A model generated the notes under the pieces. That model was not told the DNA's origin, searched no databases, and worked only from the letters and a program-made list of their open reading frames with translations. 64,000 nucleotides of DNA from Paragordius varius. Its lineage: Eukaryota; Animalia; Nematomorpha. Below, piece after piece: positions 1 to 15,000 of this stretch. Location: NCBI GenBank assembly GCA_964247055.1, contig OZ176057.1, positions 1,860,001 to 1,924,000 of the forward strand. Reading direction: 5' to 3'. Both the position numbers and the translations under genes were made by a program. Numbering within the stretch: position 1 is the stretch's first letter; each line of letters opens with the position of its first letter.

Positions 1-3000
1 GGAGGTGGCCTGGTTGATCGAGGAATAATGGTACTTGGTATTACGGTACTGGCACTCGCTGCGTCTATTGTTTAAAAATATATTTATACGTTTAGGAGGT
101 TGCGAGGTTGGTACAGGTTTAATGGTACTTGGTATTACGGTACTGGCATTCGCTGCATCTATTGTTTAAAAATATTATATTACGTTTAGGAGGTTGCGAG
201 GTTGGTACAGGTTTAATGGTGTTTGGTATTACGGTACTGGCACTCGCTGCATCTATTGTTTAAAAATATATTTATACGTTTAGGAGGCTGCGAGGTTGGT
301 AGAGGTTTAATGGGACTTGGTATTACGGTACTGCCACTCGCTGCATCTATTGTTTAAAAATATATTTATACGTTTAGGAGGCTGCGAGGTTGGTAGAGGT
401 TTAATGGGACTTGGTATTACGGTACTGGCACTCGCTGCATCTATTGTTTAAAAATATATTTATACGTTTAGGAGGCTGCGAGGTTGGTAGAGGTTTAATG
501 GGACTTGGTATTACGGTACTGGCACTCGCTGCATCTATTGTTTAAAAATATATTATTACGTTTAGGAGGTTGCGAGGTTGGTACAGGTTTAATGGTACTT
601 GGTATTACGGTACTGGCATTCGCTGCATCTATTGTTTAAAAATATATTATTACGTTTAGGAGGTTGCGAGGTTGGTACAGGTTTAATGCTGTTTGGTATT
701 ACGGTACTGGCACTCGCTGCATCTATTGTTTAAAAATATATTATTACGTTTAGGAGGTTGCGAGGTTGGTACAGGTTTAATGGTACTTGGTATTACGGTA
801 CTGGCATTCGCTGCATCTATTGTTTAAAAATATATTATTACGTTTAGGAGGTTGCGAGGTTGGTACAGGTTTAATGGTGTTTGGTATGGTACTGGCACTC
901 GCTGCATCTATTGTTTAAAAATATATTATTACGTTTAGGAGGTTGCGAGGTTGGTACAGGTTTAATGGTACTTGGTATTACGGTACTGGCATTCGCTGCA
1001 TCTATTGTTTAAAAATATATTTATACGTTTAGGAGGCTGCGAGGTTGGTAGAGGTTTAATGGGACTTGGTATTACGGTACTGCCACTCGCTGCATCTATT
1101 GTTTAAAAATATATTTATACGTTTAGGAGGCTGCGAGGTTGGTAGAGGTTTAATGGGACTTGGTATTACGGTACTGGCACTCGCTGCATCTATTGTTTAA
1201 AAATATATTTATACGTTTAGGAGGTGGCTTGGTTGATAGAGGAATAATGGTACTTGGTGTTACGGTACTGGCACTCGCTACGTCTATTGTTTAAAAATAT
1301 ATTTATACGTTTAGGAGGTTGCGAGGTTGGTACAGGTTTTACGGTACTTGGTATTACGGTACTGCCACTCGCTGCATCTATTGTTTAAAAATATATTTAT
1401 ACGTTTAGGAGGTTGCGAGGTTGGTACAGGTTTAATGGTACTTGGTATTACGGTACTGGCACTCGCTGCATCTATTGTTTAAAAATATATTATTACGTTT
1501 AGGAGGTTGCGAGGTTGGTACAGGTTTAATGGTGTTTGGTATTACGGTACTGGTACTCGCTGCATCTATTGTTTAAAAATATATTTATACGTTTAGGAGG
1601 TGGCTTGGTTGATCGAGGAATAATGGTACTTGGTATTACGGTACTGCCACTCGCTGCATCTATTGTATAAAAATATATTTATACGTTTAGGAGGCTGCGA
1701 GGTTGGTAGAGGTTTAATGGGACTTGGTATTACGGTACTGGCACTCGCTGCATCTATTGTTTAAAAATATATTATTACGTTTAGGAGGTTGCGAGGTTGG
1801 TACAGGTTTAATGGTACTTGGTATTACGGTACTGGCATTCGCTGCATCTATTGTTTAAAAATATATTATTACGTTTAGGAGGTTGCGAGGTTGGTACAGG
1901 TTTAATGGTGTTTGGTATTACGGTACTGGCACTCGCTGCATCTATTGTTTAAAAATATATTTATACGTTTAGGAGGTTGCGAGGTTGGTAGAGGTTTAAT
2001 GGGACTTGGTATTACGGTACTGGCACTCGCTGCATCTATTGTTTAAAAATATATTCATACGTTTAGGAGGTGGCTTGGTTGATAGAGGAATAATGGTACT
2101 TGGTGTTACGGTACTGGCACTCGCTACGTCTATTGTTTAAAAATATATTTATACGTTTAGGAGGTTGCGAGGTTGGTACAGGTTTTACGGTACTTGGTAT
2201 TACGGTACTGCCACTCGCTGCATCTATTGTTTAAAAATATATATATACGTTTAGGAGGTTGCGAGGTTGGTACAGGTTTAATGGTACTTGGTATTACGGT
2301 ACTGGCACTCGCTGCATCTATTGTTTAAAAATATATTTTTACGTTTAGGAGGTTGCGAGGTTGGTACAGGTTTAATGGTGTTTGGTATTACGGTACTGGT
2401 ACTCGCTGCATCTATTGTTTAAAAATATATTTATACGTTTAGGAGGTGGCTTGGTTGATCGAGGAATAATGGTACTTGGTATTACGGTACTGCCACTCGC
2501 TGCATCTATTGTTTAAAAATATATTTATACGTTTAGGAGGCTGCGAGGTTGGTAGAGGTTTAATGGGACTTGGTATTACGGTACTGGCACTCGCTGCATC
2601 TATTGTTTAAAAATATATTATTACGTTTAGGAGGTTGCGAGGTTGGTACAGGTTTAATGGGACTTGGTATTACGGTACTGCCAGTCGCTGCATCTATTGT
2701 TTAAAAATATATTATTACGTTTAGGAGGTGGCCTGGTTGATCGAGGAATAATGGTACTTGGTATTACGGTACTGGCACTCGCTGCATCTATTGTTTAAAA
2801 ATATATTATTACGTTTAGGAGGTTGCGAGGTTGGTACAGGTTTAATGGTACTTGGTATTACGGTACTGGCACTCGCTGCATCTATTGTTTAAAAATATAT
2901 TTATACGTTTAGGAGGTTGCGAGGTTGGTACAGGTTTAATGGTGTTTGGTATTACGGTACTGGCACTCGCTGCATCTATTGTTTAAAAATATATTTATAC

Positions 3001-6000
3001 GTTTAGGAGGTTGCGAGGTTGGTAGAGGTTTAATGGTACTTGGTATTACGGTACTGCCAGTCGCTGCATCTATTGTTTAAAAATATATTTATACGTTTAG
3101 GAGGTGGCCTGGTTGATCGAGGAATAATGGTACTTGGTATTACGGTACTGGCACTCGCTGCATCTATTGTTTAAAAATATATTATTACGTTTAGGAGGTT
3201 GCGAGGTTGGTAGAGGTTTAATGGGACTTGGTATTACGGTACTGGCACTCGCTGCATCTATTGTTTAAAAATATATTTATACGTTTAGGAGGTGGCTTGG
3301 TTGATAGAGGAATAATGGTACTTGGTGTTACGGTACTGGCACTCGCTACGTCTATTGTTTAAAAATATATATATACGTTTAGGAGGTTGCGAGGTTGGTA
3401 CAGGTTTTACGGTACTTGGTATTACGGTACTGCCACTCGCTGCATCTATTGTTTAAAAATATATTTATACGTTTAGGAGGTTGCGAGGTTGGTACAGGTT
3501 TAATGATACTTGGTATTACGGTACTGGCACTCGCTGCATCTATTGTTTAAAAATATATTATTACGTTTAGGAGGTTGCGAGGTTGGTACAGGTTTAATGG
3601 TGTTTGGTATTACGGTACTGGTACTCGCTGCATCTATTGTTTAAAAATATATTTATACGTTTAGGAGGTGGCTTGGTTGATCGAGGAATAATGGTACTTG
3701 GTATTACGGTACTGCCACTCGCTGCATCTATTGTTTAAAAATATATTTATACGTTTAGGAGGCTGCGAGGTTGGTAGAGGTTTAATGGGACTTGGTATTA
3801 CGGTACTGGCACTCGCTGCATCTATTGTTTAAAAATATATTATTACGTTTAGGAGGTTGCGAGGTTGGTACAGGTTTAATGGGACTTGGTATTACGGTAC
3901 TGGCACTCGCTGCATCTATTGTTTAAAAATATATTATTACGTTTAGGAGGTTGCGAGGTTGGTACAGGTTTAATGGTACTTGGTATTACGGTACTGGCAT
4001 TCGCTGCATCTATTGTTTAAAAATATATTATTACGTTTAGGAGGTTGCGAGGTTGGTACAGGTTTAATGGTGTTTGGTATTACGGTACTGGCACTCGCTG
4101 CATCTATTGTTTAAAAATATATTATTACGTTTAGGAGGTTGCGAGGTTGGTACAGGTTTAATGGTACTTGGTATTACGGTACTGGCATTCGCTGCATCTA
4201 TTGTTTAAAAATATATTTATACGTTTAGGAGGCTGCGAGGTTGGTAGAGGTTTAATGGGACTTGGTATTACGGTACTGCCACTCGCTGCATCTATTGTTT
4301 AAAAATATATTTATACGTTTAGGAGGCTGCGAGGTTGGTAGAGGTTTAATGGGACTTGGTATTACGGTACTGGCACTCGCTGCATCTATTGTTTAAAAAT
4401 ATATTTATACGTTTAGGAGGTGGCTTGGTTGATAGAGGAATAATGGTACTTGGTGTTACGGTACTGGCACTCGCTACGTCTATTGTTTAAAAATATATTT
4501 ATACGTTTAGGAGGTTGCGAGGTTGGTACAGGTTTTACGGTACTTGGTATTACGGTACTGCCACTCGCTGCATCTATTGTTTAAAAATATATTTATACGT
4601 TTAGGAGGTTGCGAGGTTGGTACAGGTTTAATGGTACTTGGTATTACGGTACTGGCACTCGCTGCATCTATTGTTTAAAAATATATTTATACGTTTAGGA
4701 GGTTGCGAGGTTGGTACAGGTTTAATGGTGTTTGGTATTACGGTACTGGCACTCGCTGCATCTATTGTTTAAAAATATATTTATACGTTTAGGAGGTTGC
4801 GAGGTTGGTAGAGGTTTAATGGTACTTGGTATTACGGTACTGCCAGTCGCTGCATCTATTGTTTAAAAATATATTTATACGTTTAGGAGGTGGCCTGGTT
4901 GATCGAGGAATAATGGTACTTGGTATTACGGTACTGGCACTCGCTGCATCTATTGTTTAAAAATATATTATTACGTTTAGGAGGTTGCGAGGTTGGTACA
5001 GGTTTAATGGTACTTGGTATTACGGTACTGGCACTCGCTGCATCTATTGTTTAAAAATATATTTATACGTTTAGGAGGTTGCGAGGTTGGTACAGGTTTA
5101 ATGGTGTTTGGTATTACGGTACTGGCACTCGCTGCATCTATTGTTTAAAAATATATTTATACGTTTAGGAGGTTGCGAGGTTGGTAGAGGTTTAATGGTA
5201 CTTGGTATTACGGTACTGCCAGTCGCTGCATCTATTGTTTAAAAATATATTTATACGTTTAGGAGGTGGCCTGGTTGATCGAGGAATAATGGTACTTGGT
5301 ATTACGGTACTGGCACTCGCTGCATCTATTGTTTAAAAATATATTATTACGTTTAGGAGGTTGCGAGGTTGGTAGAGGTTTAATGGGACTTGGTATTACG
5401 GTACTGGCACTCGCTGCATCTATTGTTTAAAAATATATTTATACGTTTAGGAGGTGGCTTGGTTGATAGAGGAATAATGGTACTTGGTGTTACGGTACTG
5501 GCACTCGCTACGTCTATTGTTTAAAAATATATTTATACGTTTAGGAGGTTGCGAGGTTGGTACAGGTTTTACGGTACTTGGTATTACGGTACTGCCACTC
5601 GCTGCATCTATTGTTTAAAAATATATTTATACGTTTAGGAGTTTGCGAGGTTGGTACAGGTTTAATGGTACTTGGTATTACGGTACTGGCACTCGCTGCA
5701 TCTATTGTTTAAAAATATATTTTTACGTTTAGGAGGTTGCGAGGTTGGTACAGGTTTAATGGTGTTTGGTATTACGGTACTGGCACTCGCTGCATCTATT
5801 GTTTAAAAATATATTATTACGTTTAGGAGGTTGCGAGGTTGGTACAGGTTTAATGGTACTTGGTATTACGGTACTGGCATTCGCTGCATCTATTGTTTAA
5901 AAATATATTTATACGTTTAGGAGGCTGCGAGGTTGGTAGAGGTTTAATGGGACTTGGTATTACGGTACTGCCACTCGCTGCATCTATTGTTTAAAAATAT

Positions 6001-9000
6001 ATTTATACGTTTAGGAGGCTGCGAGGTTGGTAGAGGTTTAATGAGACTTGGTATTACGGTACTGGCACTCGCTGCATCTATTGCTTAAAAATATATTATT
6101 ACGTTTAGGAGGTTGCGAGGTTGGTACAGGTTTAATGGTACTTGGTATTACGGTACTGGCACTCGCTGCATCTATTGTTTAAAAATATATTATTACGTTT
6201 ACGAGGTTGCGAGGTTGGTACAGGTTTAATGGTACTTGGTATTACGGTACTGGCATTCGCTGCATCTATTGTTTAAAAATATATTTATACGTTTAGGAGG
6301 CTGCGAGGTTGGTAGAGGTTTAATGGGACTTGGTATTACGGTACTGCCACTCGCTGCATCTATTGTTTAAAAATATATTTATACGTTTAGGAGGCTGCGA
6401 GGTTGGTAGAGGTTTAATGGGACTTGGTATTACGGTACTGGCACTCGCTGCATCTATTGTTTAAAAATATATTTATACGTTTAGGAGGTGGCTTGGTTGA
6501 TAGAGGAATAATGGTACTTGGTGTTACGGTACTGGCACTCGCTACGTCTATTGTTTAAAAATATATTTATACGTTTAGGAGGTTGCGAGGTTGGTACAGG
6601 TTTTACGGTACTTGGTATTACGGTACTGCCACTCGCTGCATCTATTGTTTAAAAATATATTTATACGTTTAGGAGGTTGCGAGGTTGGTACAGGTTTAAT
6701 GGTACTTGGTATTACGGTACTGGCACTCGCTGCATCTATTGTTTAAAAATATATTTATACGTTTAGGAGGTGGCTTGGTTGATAGAGGAATAATGGTACT
6801 TGGTGTTACGGTACTGGCACTCGCTACGTCTATTGTTTAAAAATATATTTATACGTTTAGGAGGTTGCGAGGTTGGTACAGGTTTTACGGTACTTGGTAT
6901 TACGGTACTGCCACTCGCTGCATCTATTGTTTAAAAATATATTTATACGTTTAGGAGGTTGCGAGGTTGGTACAGGTTTAATGGTACTTGGTATTACGGT
7001 ACTGGCACTCGCTGCATCTATTGTTTAAAAATATATTATTACGTTTAGGAGGTTGCGAGGTTGGTACAGGTTTAATGGTGTTTGGTATTACGGTACTGGC
7101 ACTCGCTGCATCTATTGTTTAAAAATATATTTATACGTTTAGGAGGTTGCGAGGTTGGTAGTGGTTTAATGGTACTTGGTATTACGGTACTGCCAGTCGC
7201 TGCATCTATTGTTTAAAAATATATTTATACGTTTAGGAGGTGGCCTGGTTGATCGAGGAATAATGGTACTTGGTATTACGGTACTGGCACTCGCTGCGTC
7301 TATTGTTTAAAAATATATTTATACGTTTAGGAGGTTGCGAGGTTGGTACAGGTTTAATGGTACTTGGTATTACGGTACTGGCATTCGCTGCATCTATTGT
7401 TTAAAAATATTATATTACGTTTAGGAGGGTGCGAGGTTGGTACAGGTTTAATGGTGTTTGGTATTACGGTACTGGCACTCGCTGCATCTATTGTTTAAAA
7501 ATATATTTATACGTTTAGGAGGCTGCGAGGTTGGTAGAGGTTTAATGGGACTTGGTATTACGGTACTGCCACTCGCTGCATCTATTGTTTAAAAATATAT
7601 TTATACGTTTAGGAGGCTGCGAGGTTGGTAGAGGTTTAATGGGACTTGGTATTACGGTACTGGCACTCGCTGCATCTATTGTTTAAAAATATATTTATAC
7701 GTTTAGGAGGCTGCGAGGTTGGTAGAGGTTTAATGGGACTTGGTATTACGGTACTGGCACTCGCTGCATCTATTGTTTAAAAATATATTATTACGTTTAG
7801 GAGGTTGCGAGGTTGGTACAGGTTTAATGGTACTTGGTATTACGGTACTGGCATTCGCTGCATCTATTGTTTAAAAATATATTATTACGTTTAGGAGGTT
7901 GCGAGGTTGGTACAGGTTTAATGGTGTTTGGTATTCCGGTACTGGCACTCGCTGCATCTATTGTTTAAAAATATATTATTACGTTTAGGAGGTTGCGAGG
8001 TTGGTACAGGTTTAATGGTACTTGGTATTACGGTACTGGCATTCGCTGCATCTATTGTTTAAAAATATATTATTACGTTTAGGAGGTTGCGAGGTTGGTA
8101 CAGGTTTAATGGTGTTTGGTATTACGGTACTGGCACTCGCTGCATCTATTGTTTAAAAATATATTATTACGTTTAGGAGGTTGCGAGGTTGGTACAGGTT
8201 TAATGGTACTTGGTATTACGGTACTGGCATTCGCTGCATCTATTGTTTAAAAATATATTTATACGTTTAGGAGGCTGCGAGGTTGGTAGAGGTTTAATGG
8301 GACTTGGTATTACGGTACTGCCACTCGCTGCATCTATTGTTTAAAAATATATTTATACGTTTAGGAGGCTGCGAGGTTGGTAGAGGTTTAATGGGACTTG
8401 GTATTACGGTACTGGCACTCGCTGCATCTATTGTTTAAAAATATATTTATACGTTTAGGAGGTGGCTTGGTTGATAGAGGAATAATGGTACTTGGTGTTA
8501 CGGTACTGGCACTCGCTACGTCTATTGTTTAAAAATATATTTATACGTTTAGGAGGTTGCGAGGTTGGTACAGGTTTAATGGTACTTGGTATTACGGTAC
8601 TGGCACTCGCTGCATCTATTGTTTAAAAATATATTATTACGTTTAGGAGGTTGCGAGGTTGGTACAGGTTTAATGGTGTTTGGTATTACGGTACTGGCAC
8701 TCGCTGCATCTATTGTTTAAAAATATATTTATACGTTTAGGAGGCTGCGAGGTTGGTAGAGGTTTAATGGGACTTGGTATTACGGTACTGCCACTCGCTG
8801 CATCTATTGTTTAAAAATATATTTATACGTTTAGGAGGTGGCTTGGTTGATCGAGGAATAATGGTACTTGGTATTACGGTACTGCCACTCGCTGCATCTA
8901 TTGTTTAAAAATATATTTATACGTTTAGGAGGCCGCGAGGTTGGTAGAGGTTTAATGGGACTTGGTATTACGGTACTGGCACTCGCTGCATCTATTGTTT

Positions 9001-12000
9001 AAAAATATATTATTACGTTTAGAAGGTTGCGAGGTTGGTACAGGTTTAATGGTACTTGGTATTACGGTACTGGCATTCGCTGCATCTATTGTTTAAAAAT
9101 ATATTATTACGTTTAGGAGGTTGCGAGGTTGGTACAGGTTTAATGGTGTTTCGTATTACGGTACTGGCACTCGCTGCATCTATTGTTTAAAAATATATTA
9201 TTACGTTTAGGAGGTTGCGAGGTTGGTACAGGTTTAATGGTACTTGGTATTACGGTACTGGCATTCGCTGCATCTATTGTTTAAAAATATATTTATACGT
9301 TTAGGAGGCTGCGAGGTTGGTAGAGGTTTAATGGGACTTGGTATTACGGTACTGCCACTCGCTGCATCTATTGTTTAAAAATATATTTATACATTTAGGA
9401 GGCTGCGAGGTTGGTAGAGGTTTAATGGGACTTGGTATTACGGTACTGGCACTCGCTGCAGCTATTGTTTAAAAATATATTTATACGTTTAGGAGGTGGC
9501 TTGGTTGATAGAGGAATAATGGTACTTGGTGTTACGGTACTGGCACTCGCTACGTCTATTGTTTAAAAATATATTTATACGTTTAGGAGGTTGCGAGGTT
9601 GGTACAGGTTTTACGGTACTTGGTATTACGGTACTGCCACTCGCTGCATCTATTGTTTAAAAATATATTTATACGTTTAGGAGGTTGCGAGGTTGGTACA
9701 GGTTTAATGGTACTTGGTATTACGGTACTGGCATTCGCTGCATCTATTGTTTAAAAATATATTATTACGTTTAGGAGGTTGCGAGGTTGGTAGAGGTTTA
9801 ATGGGACTTGGTATTACGGTACTGCCACTCGCTGCATCTATTGTTTAAAAATATATTTATACGTTTAGGAGGTGGCTTGGTTGATCGAGGAATAATGGTA
9901 CTTGGTATTACGGTACTGCCACTTGCTGCATCTATTGTTTAAAAATATATTTATACGTTTAGGAGGCTGCGAGGTTGGTAGAGGTTTAATGGGACTTGGT
10001 ATTACGGTACTGGCACTCGCTGCATCTATTGTTTAAAAATATATTATTACGTTTAGGAGGTTGCGAGGTTGGTACAGGTTTAATGGTACTTGGTATTACG
10101 GTACTGGCATTCGCTGCATCTATTGTTTAAAAATATATTATTACGTTTAGGAGGTTGCGAGGTTGGTACAGGTTTAATGGTGTTTCGTATTACGGTACTG
10201 GCACTCGCTGCATCTATTGTTTAAAAATATATTATTACGTTTAGGAGGTTGCGAGGTTGGTACAGGTTTAATGGTACTTGGTATTACGGTACTGGCATTC
10301 GCTGCATCTATTATTTAAAAATATATTTATACGTTTAGGAGGCTGCGAGGTTGGTAGAGGTTTAATGGGACTTGGTATTACGGTACTGCCACTCGCTGCA
10401 TCTATTGTTTAAAAATATATTTATACGTTTAGGAGGCTGCGAGGTTGGTAGAGGTTTAATGGGACTTGGTATTACGGTACTGGCACTCGCTGCAGCTATT
10501 GTTTAAAAATATATTTATACGTTTAGGAGGTGGCTTGGTTGATAGAGGAATAATGGTACTTGGTGTTACGGTACTGGCACTCGCTACGTCTATTGTTTAA
10601 AAATATATTTATACGTTTAGGAGGTTGCGAGGTTGGTACAGGTTTTACGGTACTTGGTATTACGGTACTGCCACTCGCTGCATCTATTGTTTGAAAATAT
10701 ATTTATACGTTTAGGAGGTTGCGAGGTTGGTACAGGTTTAATGGTACTTGGTATTACGGTACTGGCACTCGCTGCATCTATTGTTTAAAAATATATTATT
10801 ACGTTTAGGAGGTTGCGAGGTTGGTACAGGTTTAATGGTGTTTGGTATTACGGTACTGGCACTCGCTGCATCTATTGTTTAAAAATATATTTATACGTTT
10901 AGGAGGTTGCGAGGTTGGTAGAGGTTTAATGGTACTTGGTATTACGGTACTGCCAGTCGCTGCATCTATTGTTTAAAAATATATTTATACGTTTAGGAGG
11001 TGGCCTGGTTGATCGAGGAATAATGGTACTTGGTATTACGGTACTGGCACTCGCTGCATCTATTGTTTAAAAATATATTATTACGTTTAGGAGGTTGCGA
11101 GGTTGGTACAGGTTTAATGGTACTTGGTATTACGGTACTGGCATTCGCTGCATCTATTGTTTAAAAATATATTTATACGTTTAGGAGGCTGCGAGGTTGG
11201 TAGAGGTTTAATGGGACTTGGTATTACGGTACTGCCACTCGCTGCATCTATTGTTTAAAAATATATTTATACGTTTAGGAGGCTGCGAGGTTGGTAGAGG
11301 TTTAATGGGACTGGGTATTACGGTACTGGCACTCGCTGCATCTATTGTTTAAAAATATATTTATACGTTTAGGAGGTGGCTTGGTTGATAGAGGAATAAT
11401 GGTACTTGGTATTACGGTACTGGCACTCGCTGCGTCTATTGTTTAAAAATATATTTATACGTTTAGGAGGTTGCGAGGTTGGTACAGGTTTAATGGTACT
11501 TGGTATTACGGTACTGGCATTCGCTGCATCTATTGTTTAAAAATATTATATTACGTTTAGGAGGTTGCGAGGTTGGTACAGGTTTAATGGTGTTTGGTAT
11601 TACGGTACTGGCACTCGCTGCATCTATTGTTTAAAAATATATTATTACGTTTAGGAGGTTGCGAGGTTGGTACAGGTTTAATGGTACTTGGTATTACGGT
11701 ACTGGCATTCGCTGCATCTATTGTTTAAAAATATATTTATACGTTTAGGAGGCTGCGAGGTTGGTAGAGGTTTAATGGGACTTGGTATTACGGTACTGCC
11801 ACTCGCTGCATCTATTGTTTAAAAATATATTTATACGTTTAGGAGGCTGCGAGGTTGGTAGAGGTTTAATGGGACTTGGTATTACGGTACTGGCACTCGC
11901 TGCATCTATTGTTTAAAAATATATTATTACGTTTAGGAGGTTGCGAGGTTGGTACAGGTTTAATGGTACTTGGTATTACGGTACTGGCATTCGCTGCATC

Positions 12001-15000
12001 TATTGTTTAAAAATATATTATTACGTTTAGGAGGTTGCGAGGTTGGTACAGGTTTAATGGTGTTTGGTATTACGGTACTGGCACTCGCTGCATCTATTGT
12101 TTAAAAATATATTATTACGTTTACGAGGTTGCGAGGTTGGTACAGGTTTAATGGTACTTGGTATTACGGTACTGGCATTCGCTGCATCTATTGTTTAAAA
12201 ATATATTTATACGTTTAGGAGGCTGCGAGGTTGGTAGAGGTTTAATGGGACTTGGTATTACGGTACTGCCACTCGCTGCATCTATTGTTTAAAAATATAT
12301 TTATACGTTTAGGAGGCTGCGAGGTTGGTAGAGGTTTAATGGGACTTGGTATTACGGTACTGGCACTCGCTGCATCTATTGTTTAAAAATATATTTATAC
12401 GTTTAGGAGGTGGCTTGGTTGATAGAGGAATAATGGTACTTGGTGTTACGGTACTGGCACTCGCTGCATCTATTGTTTAAAAATATATTTATACGTTTAG
12501 GAGGCTGCGAGGTTGGTAGAGGTTTAATGGGACTTGGTATTACGGTACTGGCACTCGCTGCATCTATTGTTTAAAAATATATTATTACGTTTAGGAGGTT
12601 GCGAGGTTGGTACAGGTTTAATGGTACTTGGTATTACGGTACTGGCATTCGCTGCATCTATTGTTTAAAAATATATTATTACGTTTAGGAGGTTGCGAGG
12701 TTGGTACAGGTTTAATGGTGTTTGGTATTACGGTACTGGCACTCGCTGCATCTATTGTTTAAAAATATATTATTACGTTTAGGAGGTTGCGAGGTTGGTA
12801 CAGGTTTAATGGTACTTGGTATTACGGTACTGGCATTCGCTGCATCTATTGTTTAAAAATATATTTATACGTTTAGGAGGCTGCGAGGTTGGTAGAGGTT
12901 TAATGGGACTTGGTAATACGGTACTGCCACTCGCTGCATCTATTGTTTAAAAATATATTTATACGTTTAGGAGGCTGCGAGGTTGGTAGAGGTTTAATGG
13001 GACTTGGTATTACGGTACTGGCACTCGCTGCATCTATTGTTTAAAAATATATTTATACGTTTAGGAGGTTGCGAGGTTGGTACAGGTTTTACGGTACTTG
13101 GTATTACGGTACTGCCACTCGCTGCATCTATTGTTTAAAAATATATTTATACGTTTAGGAGGTTGCGAGGTTGGTACAGGTTTAATGGTACTTGGTATTA
13201 CGGTACTGCCACTCGCTGCATCTATTGTTTAAAAATATATTATTACGTTTAGGAGGTTGCGAGGTTGGTACAGGTTTAATGGTGTTTGGTATTACGGTAC
13301 TGGCACTCGCTGCATCTATTGTTTAAAAATATATTTATACGTTTAGGAGGTTGCGAGGTTGGTAGAGGTTTAATGGTACTTGGTATTACGGTACTGCCAC
13401 TCGCTGCATCTATTGTTTAAAAATATATTTATACGTTTAGGAGGTGGCTTGGTTGATCGAGGAATAATGGTACTTGGTATTACGGTACTGGCACTCGCTG
13501 CGTCTATTGTTTAAAAATATATTTATACGTTTAGGAGGTTGCGAGGTTGGTACAGGTTTAATGGTACTTGGTATTACGGTACTGGCATTCGCTGCATCTA
13601 TTGTTTAAAAATATATTATTACGTTTAGGAGGTTGCGAGGTTGGTACAGGTTTAATGGTGTTTGGTATTAGGGTACTGGCACTCGCTGCATCTATTGTTT
13701 AAAAATATATTTATACGTTTAGGAGGCTGCGAGGTTGGTAGAGGTTTAATGGGACTTGGTATTACGGTACTGCCACTCGCTGCATCTATTGTTTAAAAAT
13801 ATATTTATACGTTTAGGAGGTGGCTTGGTTGAGCGAGGAATAATGGTACTTGGTATTACGGTACTGCCACTCGCTGCATCTATTGTTTAAAAATATATTT
13901 ATACGTTTAGGAGGTGGCTTGGTTGATCGAGGAATAATGGTACTTGGTATTACGGTACTGCCACTCGCTGCATCTATTGTTTAAAAATATATTTATACGT
14001 TTAGGAGGTTGCGAGGTTGGTACAGGTTTAATGGTACTTGGTATTACGGTACTGCCAATCGCTGCATCTATTGTTTAAAAATATATTTATACGTTTAGGA
14101 GGTTGCGAGGTTGGTACAGGGTTAATGGTACTTGGTCTTACGGTACTGGCACTCGCTGCATCTATTGTTTAAAAATATATTTATACGTTTAGGTGGTTGC
14201 GTGGTTGGTACAGGTTTAATGGTACTTGGTATTACGGTACTGGCACTCGCTGCATCTATTGTTTAAAAATATATTATTACGTTTAGGAGGTTGCGAGGTT
14301 GGTACAGGTTTAATGGTGTTTGGTATTACGGTACTGGCACTCGCTGCATCTATTGTTTAAAAATATATTTATACGTTTAGGAGGTTGCGAGGTTGGTACA
14401 GGTTTAATGGTACTTGGTATTACGGTACTGCCACTCGCTGCATCTATTGTTTAAAAATATATTTATACGTTTAGGAGGTTGCGAGGTTGGTACAGGTTTA
14501 ATGGTACTTGGTATTACGGTACTGGCACTCGCTGCATCTATTGTTTAAAAATATATTATTACGTTTAGGAGGTTGCGAGGTTGGTACAGGTTTAATTGTG
14601 TTTGGTATTACGGTACTGGCACTCGCTGCATCTATTGTTTAAAAATATATTATTACGTTTAGGAGGTTGCGAGGTTGGTACAGGTTTAATGGTGTTTGGT
14701 ATTACGGTACTGGCACTCGCTGCATCTATTGTTTAAAAATATATTATTACGTTTAGGAGGTTGCGAGGTTGGTACAGGTTTAATGGTGTTTGGTATTACG
14801 GTACTGGCACTCGCTGCATCTATTGTTTAAAAATATATTTATACGTTTAGGAGGTTGCGAGGTTGGTAGAGGTTTAATGGTACTTGGTATTACGGTACTG
14901 GCACTCGCTGCATCTATTGTTTAAAAATATATTTATACGTTTAGGAGGTGGCTTGGTTGATCGAGGAATAATGGTACTTGGTATTACGGTACTGGCACTC

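Noticed and set aside
9-19. cctggttgatc matches the 5' end of 18S rRNA, and ctgccagt occurs in some monomers
   Set aside because: Only 11 nt, present in a minority variant (most B monomers have cttggttgatc), and no further rRNA similarity.
88-100. TTAGG in each monomer and G-rich strand suggesting a telomeric or telomere-replacing repeat
   Set aside because: A single non-tandem TTAGG per 94 bp. The G-rich strand points towards the decayed, TE-flanked edge, opposite to what terminal addition would give.
95-160. Possible tRNA-like or hairpin fold of the monomer (gcgag...ctcgc, gtac...gtac)
   Set aside because: Stems are 4-5 bp, there is no B-box or cloverleaf, and C-type changes are not compensatory.
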